NCBI RefSeq assembly: GCF_000485595.1
Contig: NW_014577062.1
Coordinates: forward strand, 1,104,099 to 1,155,218
Direction: 5' to 3'
Source: Priapulus caudatus
Lineage: Eukaryota
DNA: 51,120 bases
Every line of letters begins with the position of its first letter. Within the stretch, counting starts at the first letter, position 1. Positions 1-12,368 of the stretch are shown here, one piece after another. The notes under the pieces are model-generated. The model was not told the DNA's origin. It saw only the letters and a list, made by a program, of their open reading frames with translations, and ran no database searches. A program made the position numbers and the translations under genes.

Positions 1-31
1 ACTCACACATAATCGGACAACTAAACACACA

Positions 32-96
<65 letters not shown>

Positions 97-187
97 GCAC
101 ACACATAATCGGACAACTAAACACACACGCGCGCTCGCGCGCGCACACACACACACACTCACACATAATCGGACAACTAAACACACA

Positions 188-260
<73 letters not shown>

Positions 261-345
261 ACACACATAATCGGACAACTAAACACACGCGCGCACGCGC
301 GCACGCACGCACGCACGCGCGTATACACACACGTATACACACAAA
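1..345. repeat. Compound repeat: ACATAATCGGACAACTAAAC units separated by variable (CA)n
   Basis: Four copies of the constant motif near 7, 103, 163, 265. Confidence 0.9.
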
Positions 346-569
346 CTATTTCCATGCTCTGTATCGTACACGAACCGTAAAAGGTTTTACACATGCGCAG
401 TCGCAAACTACTAATTATTAAGTAGTAAACTAATTAGTAACCATTAAGTATGTCATGTGCGTGCGTGAGTGAGAGAGTGTGTGCGTTCTGCGTGTCATGC
501 TTGACCTCCGACCTAAGACCTTGATCGCAGTGTTCGGCTTTGCACATAATTAAACTTATCTCTTGGCAG

Positions 570-676
570 GTGCTACATTCGAGGATCCTCGCTCTGGAAA
601 GCATGGCTATGTGGGGAGCCACTCCAGCAGCAGTGCATCGACGTCAAGAATGTCCTAGCTATGCCCACAGCAACAC
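570..676 (+). other. Possible exon of an upstream gene
   Basis: CTCTTGGCAG acceptor, balanced composition, GTAGGA donor; second candidate acceptor at 982; AT-rich downstream region with AATAAA; no recognisable protein. Confidence 0.25.
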
Positions 677-1540
677 GTAGGACTGGTGCTTCTCTCTACT
701 TAAGTTTCTCCGTAACACGATACGACACGTGATGTAGATCTCGTTACGTCACGACGCGACACGTAATGAATATCTTGTAACGTAAAGTAACGACACGTAA
801 CGTAATGTCTCTTCCCAATTCTCTGTCAAGTGCATTTCATAATGCGTACCGTGCGCTAGCAACCGCAGCTATAGCATATAGAATTCACATGCATTTCTAT
901 TTTCATGTATTCATTTTCACTTTGTCGTGTATTCGCGTATATCGATCACAGCTATATATTTTGACATTAACTTCTCCACCAGGCATTACGTGGAATCTAA
1001 GAAATGTAGCAGAAACAGCTTCAAGAAAAATATCTCGCTAGAGCTTCAGTCATATTAGTCATAGTGTATTTCCCCGTCGAGCCTTACGCTGCCTGCTAGT
1101 GTGAACGTTGCTGGAAGGCAGAAACTGTAGGTGTGTTCGCGTGTTGTAGCGCACGCTAGGGCATAGCATCGCTAAGAAATCAAGTCCCATCTCAAACCAC
1201 ATAGTGGTTCATTAAGAACGAAAACGACGACTTTGTCTGTGCGTCAATGCCACCTTCAGTTTTACGCCAGCCGAGTGCTGATCATGATATGGCCTATAAG
1301 AACAAAATCAAATTATCCAATTACTCGTATCCAAGAATGACGCGTATATGCCGCTAACTACCGTGTCCTGACGAGGTAAACAAATGTAGAACTTTTTACG
1401 ACAATTCAGGGAAGTTCGAGAGGAAAACCACAATACACATATACAATATTATTTGTGGTTTTCTCTTGGAATTGCTTAGAGGACGTTTGAATACATGCTG
1501 CGTCTATTGATCTGTATACAACAACACAGTTTTTATATAA

Positions 1541-1582
<42 letters not shown>

Positions 1583-3579
1583 AATTGTTATACGATATGA
1601 AAAAAGGATTGCCTCAATTTTACATACCAGTGTAATTTGAAATTGTAGCATGTTTAATTGACTTCCGAACATGTGGCAATACGTAACAGTGTTTGTTTGA
1701 TGATATTAGCACACATGTCTTAACCAATACACTCATAGTTTAACCAGTGTGCTTATTATTTTTTTCTATATTTAAAGAATAATTATATGTCAATAAAATG
1801 TTAAAATGTCAGTATTACGTGCATTTATAACATTATTATTGTAAATATAGTATAATAGAAACGCGATGCGTAAAAACGCGCTAAAGATATTTTTAGCGGG
1901 GATTTTACAGTGACGCGACATTGTTTAACGGCAGTATATTGTCTGTATAAAACGCGATGTAATTATGTTTTGTTATTTAATAAAGCCCCCGTTATGTACG
2001 TAAGTATGAAAAGGCAAACTATTGCATTCATGTTTGGAAGGTGCTATTCTTCACACTGCTTCTAGCCTGCTCGGCTTTTACAAATTCATTAGAAGTTTCT
2101 TGAATTCACAAAAGGGGTTTAAATGCACACCGCAATAATAGGAGAATAATGTGTTTACTTAATTAAGTAGCCAGGCTTTACTTAATTTAGTCAGCCTCTA
2201 CGAAATCATTCAACAGTCGATTGCAACATTTTTAATTCTTAGATGGGAAATTTACCGGAGAAACGCCCCTGCTTGTTATACAAACGAAAGAGCGCCGTTC
2301 GTACGTAATTGATACAAAAATCCCTATTGGCATTATATATCAAATTAGAGCTCACATTTGCACGAGAAGTTTAATATGAAAATGACTATTCACATGTCAC
2401 ATTTTAATAAATATAAGGTGATCAGTCCATCCAGAATTTCCTTATATTGTAGCATAAAGATAGACGAGTGCTCGTGCGAGCATTTGTGTTGAAATTATGC
2501 GTTTCAAATAGAGAGTAATTATTTATCAGTAGTTTGGCATAAAATATCAAATTATTATCTGAATTAAATAGTTAGATAATTATTGACATGCAGGTCACAT
2601 GAAATCAAGAGCAAATAAACAGTTTATCTGCTTTCGCTATGAGGATAGCTATAGCACATGTCAGCGCCCGAAGCCTGCGGGAAGCGTGTTGAATTCGACC
2701 ATACTAATTCCGCTGCTATGTTAATCTATTTTGGTATTTCACCCGGCGACGCACAGTATTACTATAGGCATCAACGGAAAACTTATCGTAAACAGAAATT
2801 TTCGTTTTTTTTCTAAAAAAAACATTTCCAGAGTTTCTGTGGAAACCGTTCGCACACGGGGACATAAATGAAACTATTGATTTGCGGTCGCATTATGAGA
2901 AGAAATTGATTTTAGCAATGGGTTTAAATTGAGAATGTCTTACATGATAAAATTCGTTCTTGTGACAACTTGCTACATAGATTTGAAAATTTGAACTAGG
3001 AAGTCAGGAAAATAAGTAATTGAAGTTTTTTGCTGAGTTTGGTAGCAGCTAATAAGCATTCGCTAAGCTTGCTATAGAATTTAACTATAATCGTGTAAAA
3101 TGAGAAAAATGCGTTCGTAGATGGAGAGGTTCGTACATCGGCATTGTAGCCGCACATCCATGGAAACGCGTTAGTCGTAATCAAGCGTAGATAATGAAAA
3201 AATACCTCGAGGGTAACAAAACACAGATGCAATAAAGTGGAAGCTGCACGATCAACATACAGAGTAAATATGCAAGCGCTCTGAACAATTCATCACATGC
3301 GCGAACATCTCGGGTGAAGCTAACGACGGCGATTGCAGTTGTGACAACTGTGATGCCGAAAGTTACGGCGCTCACATACGTGGGCACGCACACCCACACA
3401 CACGCGCGCGCACACACGCACTCGCACACACGCACATACACACACGCACGCACACACGCACACACACACGCACGCACACACACACGCACACAAATGCGTA
3501 CAGTCGCAACAGCGCTCGTACGCACGCCCCCGAACTGCGCGTTCCCCCCCTCACAATCACACTGAGATCATGCAGTCCT

Positions 3580-4200
3580 TCAATGGCGTTGTTCTGCACG
3601 TTCATGGTCATACAAGCGTTCAGTGGCGTTGTTCTGTATGTTCATGGCAATACAAGCGTTCAATGACGTTGTTCTGTGTGTTCATGGCAATACAAGCGTT
3701 CAGTGGCGTTGTTCTGCACGTTCGTGGTCATACAAGCGTTCAGTGGCGTTGTTCTGTATGTTCATGGCAATACATACAAGCGTTCAGTGGCGTTGTTCTG
3801 TATGTTCATGGCAATACAAGCGTTCAGTGGCGTTGTTCTGCACGTTCGTGGTCATACAAGCGTTCAGTGACGTTGTTTTGTATGTTCATGGCAATACAAG
3901 CGTGCAGTGACGTTGTTCTGTGTGTTCATGGCAATACAAGCGTTCAGTAACGTTGTTCTGTATGTTTATGTCAATACAAGCGTTCAGTGGCGTTGTTCTG
4001 CACGTTCGTGGTCATACAAGCGTTCAGTGACGTTCCGTATGTTCGTGGCCATACAAGCGTTTACTGACGTTGTTCCGTACGTTCGTGGCCATGCATACAA
4101 GCATTCACTGACGTTGTTCCGTACGTTCGTGGCTATGCATACAAGCGTTCAGTGACGTCATTCTGTACCCTTGAGGTCATGCAGGCGTTCAGTGACGTTG
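3580..4200. repeat. 39-bp minisatellite (~15 copies)
   Basis: ATACAAGCGTTCAGTGGCGTTGTTCTG(TATGTTCATGGCA|CACGTTCGTGGTC) repeated; decays to the right. Confidence 0.95.
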
Positions 4201-4249
4201 TTGCGTTGGTCTGTAGGTCTTCATGAAGATATTTCGAATTTAGGTCATG

Positions 4250-7200
4250 TATTATATTCAGCAAACGGTGGCGACAGGATGCGACGCTTGTCACGTCACA
4301 CCTTGCGCCGGGGATGGGTGACGCGACGCGCCACACCTACGAGCCAAGGTCCGGCCGTAATGACGAAAAACCGGTCGGATTCAAATGTCGCCGGGCGGTT
4401 TTCGGAAACGTATAAATAGGCACGGACGAAAGATCATAGAAAGTTATTACCCAGAGGAAGAGACGAGAGGCGATGTAGTGGAGATAGACGAAAACGGAGA
4501 TGACGGGGCCTAGGCTTGGGTGCCTAGGTCGCCGTAGTGTATATATATTTGGTGTCAGGACAAATACCCCCCGGACAATCACCCCCCGGACAATTACCCT
4601 CGGACAATTACCCCCCGGACAATTACCCCCCATGCCATTTACCCCCCATGCCATTCACCCCCCGGACAATTACCCCCCGGACATTTACCCCCCGGACAAT
4701 TACCCCCCGGACATTTACCCCCCGGACAATTACCCCCCGGACATTTACCCCCCGGAAAATACCCCGCCGGACATTTACCACCGCCGACAATGACCCCTCG
4801 GACAATTACCGCCCCGGGACATTACCCCCCGGACAATTACGCCCTCTGAGCAATTACCGCATGCCTATTTACCCCCCATGCCATTTAGCCGCCTCGGACA
4901 TATACTCTGGACAATTACCTCCCGGTACATTTACCCCTCCGGCAATTACCCCCCACAATTAACCCCCCCGCACATTTAACCCCCCGGACAATACCCCCCG
5001 CACAATTACCCTCCGGACGATGCGTGAGTGCCGGTGCGGTGCAGTCAGCACCGTGTGTGCATGTGTGCGTGGCGTGCGTACTGCGCTTGTGTTGGTCAGC
5101 ATACACGTGCGTGCGTGCGTGCATCATGTACCACGTAAACGTGCGAGCGTGCTTGGCCTGACGTGTGCACGTCAACACGTGCGTGCATTCGTGCGTCGCG
5201 TGCGTGTGACGTACACGTGCGTTGCAATGAGTGCGTGCCGTGCGTGTGTACGTGTCCGTGCGGGAAATGTCTGGGGGGTAAATGTCCGGCGGGGTGAAAT
5301 GTCGCGGGGGTAATGTCCGGGGGGTAATTGTCGGGGTAAATGTCCGGGGTATTGTCCCGGGGGGTGAATTGCAACTGGGTAAATGGCAATGGGGGTAATT
5401 GCGGGGTAAATGTCCGGGGGTATTGTCCGGGGGGTAAATGCCGGGGGTAAAATGTCCGGGGGGTATTTGTGCGCGGTAAACTTGCCGGGGGCGTAAATTC
5501 CCGGGGTAAATTTCCGGGGGTAACATGTCCGGGGCTAAATTGTCCGAGGTAATGTCCGGGGGGGTAATTGTCCGGGGGGTGAACTGGCATGGGGGGTAAA
5601 GCGCATGGGGTAAATTTGTCGGGGTAATTAGTCGCGGGGGTAATTTGTCCGGGGGTGATTGTCCGGGGTTATTCTGTCCTCAGAAGCCGTCTTCGTGAGT
5701 ACTATTGGACGCCAACGAAATGAAGCAGATAGGAATATACAAGGTATATATTAATAATAATTATGTATAGTATATATATAATATATTATATTATTCTGAC
5801 GCGAAGTAAAGTCCTTATTTAACAGCTAATGTACAACCTTCACGCAGTCTTACAAGCCGTTCCCGACAAAAATCTGAAAATATTATGCGGATTGGCAAGG
5901 CACAGCTCCATTTCGAATGATTNNNNNNNNNNGGGGGGTAAATGTCCGGGGGGTAATTGTCCGGGGGGTAAATGTCCGGGGGGTAATTGTCCGGGGGGTA
6001 AATGTCCGGGGGGTAATTGTCCGGGGGGTAAATGGCATGGGGGGTAAATGGCATGGGGGGTAGTTGTCCGGGGGGTAATTGTCCGGGGGTAATTGTCCGG
6101 GGGGTGATTGTCCGGGGGGTATTTGTCCTAGAACCATATATTTGTATTGTGTTTTACTAATAAAGTCAGTCTTTAAGAACAAATTCTACGACTACATCGT
6201 CTTAACTCTTTGCTACTATTTGCTAACAACTCTACAATTCTACGATGCCACAATCTACGATGCCGGGGCGGAGATCAACAACTTTACAACTCTACGATTC
6301 TACGATGCCGGAGCGGTGAAAACAACAACTTTTCCCAGTACAACGTGGTTGAGGATGCAACGATCTGCATTCGCTACGCTAATCCCCCGGAACCAGAAGA
6401 AGAAGAACAAGAAGAAGACGAAGAAGGAGAAGAAGATTTCGCATTCGCTACGCTACGTTGATCCCCCCATGATGAAGAAGGAGAGACAGAGAAGAAGAGC
6501 GAGGGAGGAAGAAAATGGAGAGGCAGCTATCTCCGGACCCGACGCTCTCGCACCCGACAAAGCGGCAGCCATGTTGTCATGTCCTCCAAGCTCGACAGCC
6601 TCCAGAGCCCGCGCAGAGCAAGGTCGAGGAGCAGAAGAAGCAGAAGACTAACACGGCGACGATACCTAGGGTAAGCTACATCCTAATCACTGTATACATA
6701 GCCAAGAGACGGAAATAATTTTTTAACAGTAAAATAGCTCGAGCATTGCCGAGCAGCGCGAATTTTTTATAGTTATAGCTAGCGTGGTATTCGAATTTCA
6801 TTATACGGCGTGACGGTGACTCAAAGCGTCGAAAGGAGAGATGTATGATATAGTAATTAAGCCTATGCGATGAGAAAGGCGAGACGCCTAGCCGCTTCTA
6901 AAGTATAACCTCAAACGTGGCCAATAGGGTAAGCTGAAATTAGCGACCCTGCCAACAGAGGCATACTACGGTACAAAATCACGATAGTATGTAAGGAAGA
7001 TATTTAATTAAAGGTGACGATCGAGCTAAAACAGCTCCGCCCGGGAATGGGTACGTCCGATTTCGTCACGCGTCGCGTCATTTTTGAGTCACGGCTGCTA
7101 GCCGATACCAAATTTGGTCGATACCACGACATAGCAAAACCACGAATTAATGTTTAATAATTAACTAATTAATTAATTATTAATTAGTTATTATTAATTA

Positions 7201-8379
7201 ATTAACGATTAATTTTTAATAAAAAAAGTATTGGCTATGGATCTGTGTTTACGATATAGCTTAGCCGGTGATATCTGTATTTTATGTTTCGTCGTTTGTT
7301 TGTTTGTTTGTTTTCTTTTGATTAACAGATTTACTAACGTGTTGTAAGCGGTAAGAGGTATCCTTGTTTCGCCATCCTTCCCTAGCCTTTCCATGCCGAT
7401 ACGAGTTGAGTTACCGTTGCAGACTGTCGACCCCTTCCTGTGATACGAAAATTAGCGCTCATTTTCACTAGACAGCTGCAGCAATATCCCTCTCAACTTG
7501 TTTCAAAACCGGATTTTCCATCCCTTCTCGGACCTCAAGGATTTACCTCACCACCATGACACTGTTTGATGTTAGCAGCCTTAGACTAACGTTTTTAACT
7601 TTTAATGTTTTTTATGTTATAATATATAGAATTTACCATCACCATCAAGCGTAAACGCGATCGGTATCTTGAAAACCGCCTCACATGAGAGCACGGTATA
7701 CGCATGTTCAGCACATCATATCAGCAGATGATTGCAGTGGGGCTGACTGTTTTGTTTTGTATCACTGTTCCTTGCATTATTGTCAAGTATAAGCACTGTA
7801 TAAACAATTTATGTACCCAGTTTATTCTATTTATAGGTAGCGGTATTTTTGGAACGTAGTTATGAGATATAGTTTTTAATTTGAAATACGTTTTCATGAG
7901 GACATAAACTTTTCAAGAGGGGTCAAGGGAATTATTGTATTCAGCAAACGGTGGCGACAGGATGCGACGCTTGGCACGTAACACCTTGCGCCGGGGACGG
8001 GTGCCGCGACGCGCCACACCTACGAGCCAAAGTCCGGCCAATAATGACGAAAAACCGGTCGGATTCAAATGTCGCTGGGCGGTTTTCGGAAACGTATAAA
8101 TAGGCACGGACGAAAGATCATAGAAAGTTATTACCCAGAGGAAGAGACGAAAGACGATGTAGTGGAGATAGACGAAAACAGAGATGACGGGGCCTAGGCT
8201 TGGGTGCCTAGGTCGCCGTAGTGTATATATATATTTGTATTGTGTTTTACTAATAAAGTCAGTCTTCAAGAACAAATTCTGCGACTACATCGTCTTTACT
8301 CTTTGCTACAATCTGCTACCATTTACAACTCGACGCTGCTACGATGCCGGAGCGGAGAACAACTTTTCCCAGTACAACA
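4250..8379 (+). mobile_element. Non-autonomous LTR retroelement (5' LTR 4250-6345 interrupted; 3' LTR 7933-8379)
   Basis: ~450-bp direct repeats with TATT(G/A)TA...TACAAC(A/G) ends; CATG at both flanks (4246-4249, 8380-8383); TATAAAT and AATAAA inside each repeat; TGG directly after 5' LTR; purine tract AAGAGGGGTCAAGGGAA before 3' LTR; no gag/pol. Confidence 0.75.
4551..6135. mobile_element. Foldback (Mutator-like) non-autonomous DNA element with long TIRs made of 15-bp tandem repeats
   Basis: Ends GGTGTCAGGACAAATACC / GGTATTTGTCCTAGAACC; arms of (GGACAATTACCCCCC)n inverted; 8-bp TSD ATATATTT (4543-4550, 6136-6143); empty site seen in the 3' LTR near 8225-8236. Confidence 0.85.
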
Positions 8380-8579
8380 CATGCGTAGCACAATAACGAG
8401 TTCAAAGGTGAAAAGTCTGCACGGATGAATAAGTATTTTAGTCGACATTACAGCTTTTAGTTGCACAATAAAAAGCGGAGCGTGGGTGCGGGAACTACAT
8501 CAGGGCCACACAGGCGATCACGCAGCTTGAATGGCGGCAAAATGAGCTAGTCGTGAATCGATGGCGCGACCTGCGCGTA

Positions 8580-8687
<108 letters not shown>

Positions 8688-9460
8688 NNNNNNNNNNNNN
8701 NNNNNNNNNNNNNNNNNNNNNNNNNNNNNNNNNNNNNNNNNNNNNNNNNNNNNNNNNNNNNNNNNNNNNNNNNNNNNNNNNNNNNNNNNNNNNNNNNNNN
8801 NNNNNNNNNNNNNNNNNNNNNNNNNNNNNNNNNNNNNNNNNNNNNNNNNNNNNNNNNNNNNNNNNNNNNNNNNNNNNNNNNNNNNNNNNNNNNNNNNNNN
8901 NNNNNNNNNNNNNNNNNNNNNNNNNNNNNNNNNNNNNNNNNNNNNNNNNNNNNNNNNNNNNNNNNNNNNNNNNNNNNNNNNNNNNNNNNNNNNNNNNNNN
9001 NNNNNNNNNNNNNNNNNNNNNNNNNNNNNNNNNNNNNNNNNNNNNNNNNNNNNNNNNNNNNNNNNNNNNNNNNNNNNNNNNNNNNNNNNNNNNNNNNNNN
9101 NNNNNNNNNNNNNNNNNNNNNNNNNNNNNNNNNNNNNNNNNNNNNNNNNNNNNNNNNNNNNNNNNNNNNNNNNNNNNNNNNNNNNNNNNNNNNNNNNNNN
9201 NNNNNNNNNNNNNNNNNNNNNNNNNNNNNNNNNNNNNNNNNNNNNNNNNNNNNNNNNNNNNNNNNNNNNNNNNNNNNNNNNNNNNNNNNNNNNNNNNNNN
9301 NNNNNNNNNNNNNNNNNNNNNNNNNNNNNNNNNNNNNNNNNNNNNNNNNNNNNNNNNNNNNNNNNNNNNNNNNNNNNNNNNNNNNNNNNNNNNNNNNNNN
9401 NNNNNNNNNNNNNNNNNNNNNNNNNNNNNNNNNNNNNNNNNNNNNNNNNNNNNNNNNNNN

Positions 9461-9595
9461 GCGAAGAAAACGCATCTGAAGGGGTCTAATTTCAAAAAAA
9501 TTCTGGGCGAGAGCCCCCCAGACCCCCCCTTCGCGTGCTCCTGTACACGCCCCTGGTTTCGTCCCCCCTAACAAAATACCCTGGCGCCGCCCCTG
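9461..9595. mobile_element. Right end of a hAT-like MITE, left end lost in gap
   Basis: Ends ...GGCGCCGCCCCTG with a second ...ACGCCCCTG at 9555; internal ATTTCAAAAAAATTCTGGG...CCCCCAGAC resembles 38693-38727. Confidence 0.55.
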
Positions 9596-9656
9596 GATAT
9601 AGGGCAATAGAAAGAGGGCGTGCGCGAGTGAATATTCTAGAGCGAGGGAAAGACAA

Positions 9657-9707
<51 letters not shown>

Positions 9708-11702
9708 GAGAGAGAGAAGTGTACAAGAGAGCGATTGAGGGGAGGAGTGACGGAACAAGAGAGCAATAGAGGGGAGGGGAAAATGAGAGCGAGCGAGAGA
9801 GAGAGAGAGATTAACAAAGAGGGAGTAGCACACTTGCGTGTTGTACTCGGTCTGCGTTGACGGAAGGCCGCGCTACGGCGTCGCATAAACTCGCTCAATC
9901 AACTTTCAGCTTCCATGCGAGTACCAGTGCAGCAGGCTGCGCGTGCGGGAGCACCAATGAAAAGAGCTATGTGGGAATAGCGAGTGAACGGAAGCAGCAC
10001 GGGAGGCGCAAATGCTGCCTTTATCTTTGGTGCCGTGTGCGATTGTCCTGCACGTGAGTGACGTTCATACCACGAAGCAGTTATTTGATAGCATACGTCT
10101 ATCATATGTGTGTAAGTAAACGAGGCTCGGTTCAGCTCAATCCGTCGCGAAGACAGCCGGCTACTGCGAGCGCCTGTAGGATCTTACAGCCATGCGGCTG
10201 TATGTAGAGACATTCATAGCTTCTCTTCTCTGGTAAGTGCTGCTAAATGCTGGTTTTATTGCTACAAATTCTCTTCCTCTCTGGATTAACGGGCATCGGC
10301 AATGAACATTACACAGATCGCTTGTATATAAAAACGAATGAGTTGCATGTGAGCGAACGTTCGAGAGCATACGAATATTATAGGGTTTCATTTTGAAATG
10401 GCGTGGATCTGTGTGTTTAGCCCTGTGAGAACACGGTTTTTCATGGAAACGTAGCTGAACGGTAAATACAACAATTAAATATAGAGTAAACAAGATTCCA
10501 TCGTAGGTTCGGGCAGGCATGGTACAGACCGAAGGGAAACTGCACAGTTGTAGGCGAGCGCGCACAGCTGAAATCTGCACGTAATGTTTGCACTTTTCCT
10601 CCACCCTAAACTAAAAAAAAATTGACATTTAATATGCATATTTATTATAATACATTTAATTTATATTCCTATTTGATTATATCGTATTATTTGGATTTAC
10701 GTTCGCTAATTAATTATATGCTAATAATTTCCATATAGCAAACGTAATCTTACGGGTAAGAACCAACGTATATCAACCGTGATTTAGCTAAACGCAAAAT
10801 TCGAGCATAGACAATTTCAAGGCATTATTGAGCTTTCTGAACATTGCAGCTAAGCCGAGTGAATGTAATCACTACTAATGCTATACGTGCAATCAAGGAC
10901 GGCCAGCAACAACAACAGAGTCGTTTGGGTAGACACGGCATATCTCTACTTCAGATTTGATTGATTTTAATTTTCAAATTATTTTTAATTTTAATTGGGT
11001 TAAAGCTTTAATTCTACCATTTATTTCCAACTTTTACGCATCGCTCATCGTGCAGTCGGAAGGAAATCATGCCGCTGACAACTCGGTAACTCACTCGATG
11101 GCAAATAACTAAAAGATGTAAGTCGTGGAAATAAGCACCGTAAAATTTCGGAGAGTAGCAGATAATATGGATTCGCGTCGATTCGCTACTGCTTTTATCT
11201 ATAGTTGGCGCGACTATGCACGCGTTCCTTACTCATGTAATTAGATTTATAAATAATAAAAAACGTCGACGATGGTCAACTATGTTTTACAAGGGGTTTC
11301 TGTAAAAAGTCGTTTGTCTGTATTTCCTCGTTTAGTTAGCATGAGTGGTTTTTATTGTAAAAAAGCTACGAGATATACATTGCATGAGCAACGTGCTACT
11401 GGTTTGCACTATTTCAGTTCCCTACATTTGGTTTACCCTTGTCACGACCTTAGAATATGATAACGTCGCCGGAATATGAAAAGGCTCTGTTTGATGTACC
11501 CCAGCGAGTAAAAGGTATCGACCGAACTAAGCAGTTGTGCAAAATAAATATTACCTCTTGTCATAACTTGCTCATTCTATCACTCGTCATTGATTGACTC
11601 AAACCGAGGCCAGCAGTCTGCTCGATTCGCCTAGTTTAGTCGCTGGTAGATTGCCAGCACAGAGTTTAAAATGTTCGCACGGAATAAAATCGTTCACAGA
11701 CT

Positions 11703-11797
11703 GGGTCCCATGTCTACGTCTGCACAGCGTACCTTTTAGATTACTGTGATTCACAGTAATCTAAAAGGTACGCTGTGCAGACGTAGACATGGGACCC
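11703..11797. repeat. Perfect palindrome, 47-bp arms, 1-nt spacer
   Basis: GGGTCCCATG...TTACTGTGA T TCACAGTAA...CATGGGACCC. Confidence 0.95.
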
Positions 11798-12106
11798 GTT
11801 GTCAGAAACAAACTTAGTCTTGACAATGGTCTTAATATGATTAAACTTTTTCTCGTGCACCGTTGACAGAATCGAGTTTCGTGAAGTTGTGAGGAAATTG
11901 GCCAGGATTTTTCATTCTCGTAACGTTATGATGTTTCTGTCTACGGTTTACAAGAAAGGTTCATATTAGGAACAAATGTTAAGACTATGGTCACTACTAC
12001 ATGTGTAATACTGTATTATTATCATCGTTATAATCACCATTGTTATTATTATACGTATTTTTGTCAAATTGTATTTTTATAGGTGTGTGTGCGCGTGTGT
12101 GTACTG

Positions 12107-12368
12107 TATGTATGTATGTATGTATGTATGTATGTATGTATGTATGTATGTATGTATGTATGTATGTATGTATGTATGTATGTATGTATGTATGTATGTA
12201 TGTATGTATGTATGTATGTATGTATGTATGTATGTATGTATGTATGTATGTATGTATGTATGTATGTATGTATGTATGTATGTATGTATGTATGTACGTA
12301 TGTATGTATGTATGTATGTATGTATGTATGTATGTATGTATGTATGTATGTATGTACGTATGTATGTA
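12107..12368. repeat. (TATG)n microsatellite
   Basis: Nearly pure tetranucleotide run. Confidence 0.99.

Noticed and set aside
3580..4200. CRISPR-like array
   Set aside because: Contiguous tandem units with no unique spacers, no cas genes, eukaryotic context.
4337..6182. Pro-rich or Gly-rich ORFs (PPDNYPPDIY, GGNCPGG)
   Set aside because: Translations of the 15-bp TIR repeats; open in several frames on both strands.
9780..10060. Neprilysin first non-coding exon ending at CAC|GTGAGT (~10053)
   Set aside because: Plausible, but one donor-like motif is not enough without transcript data.
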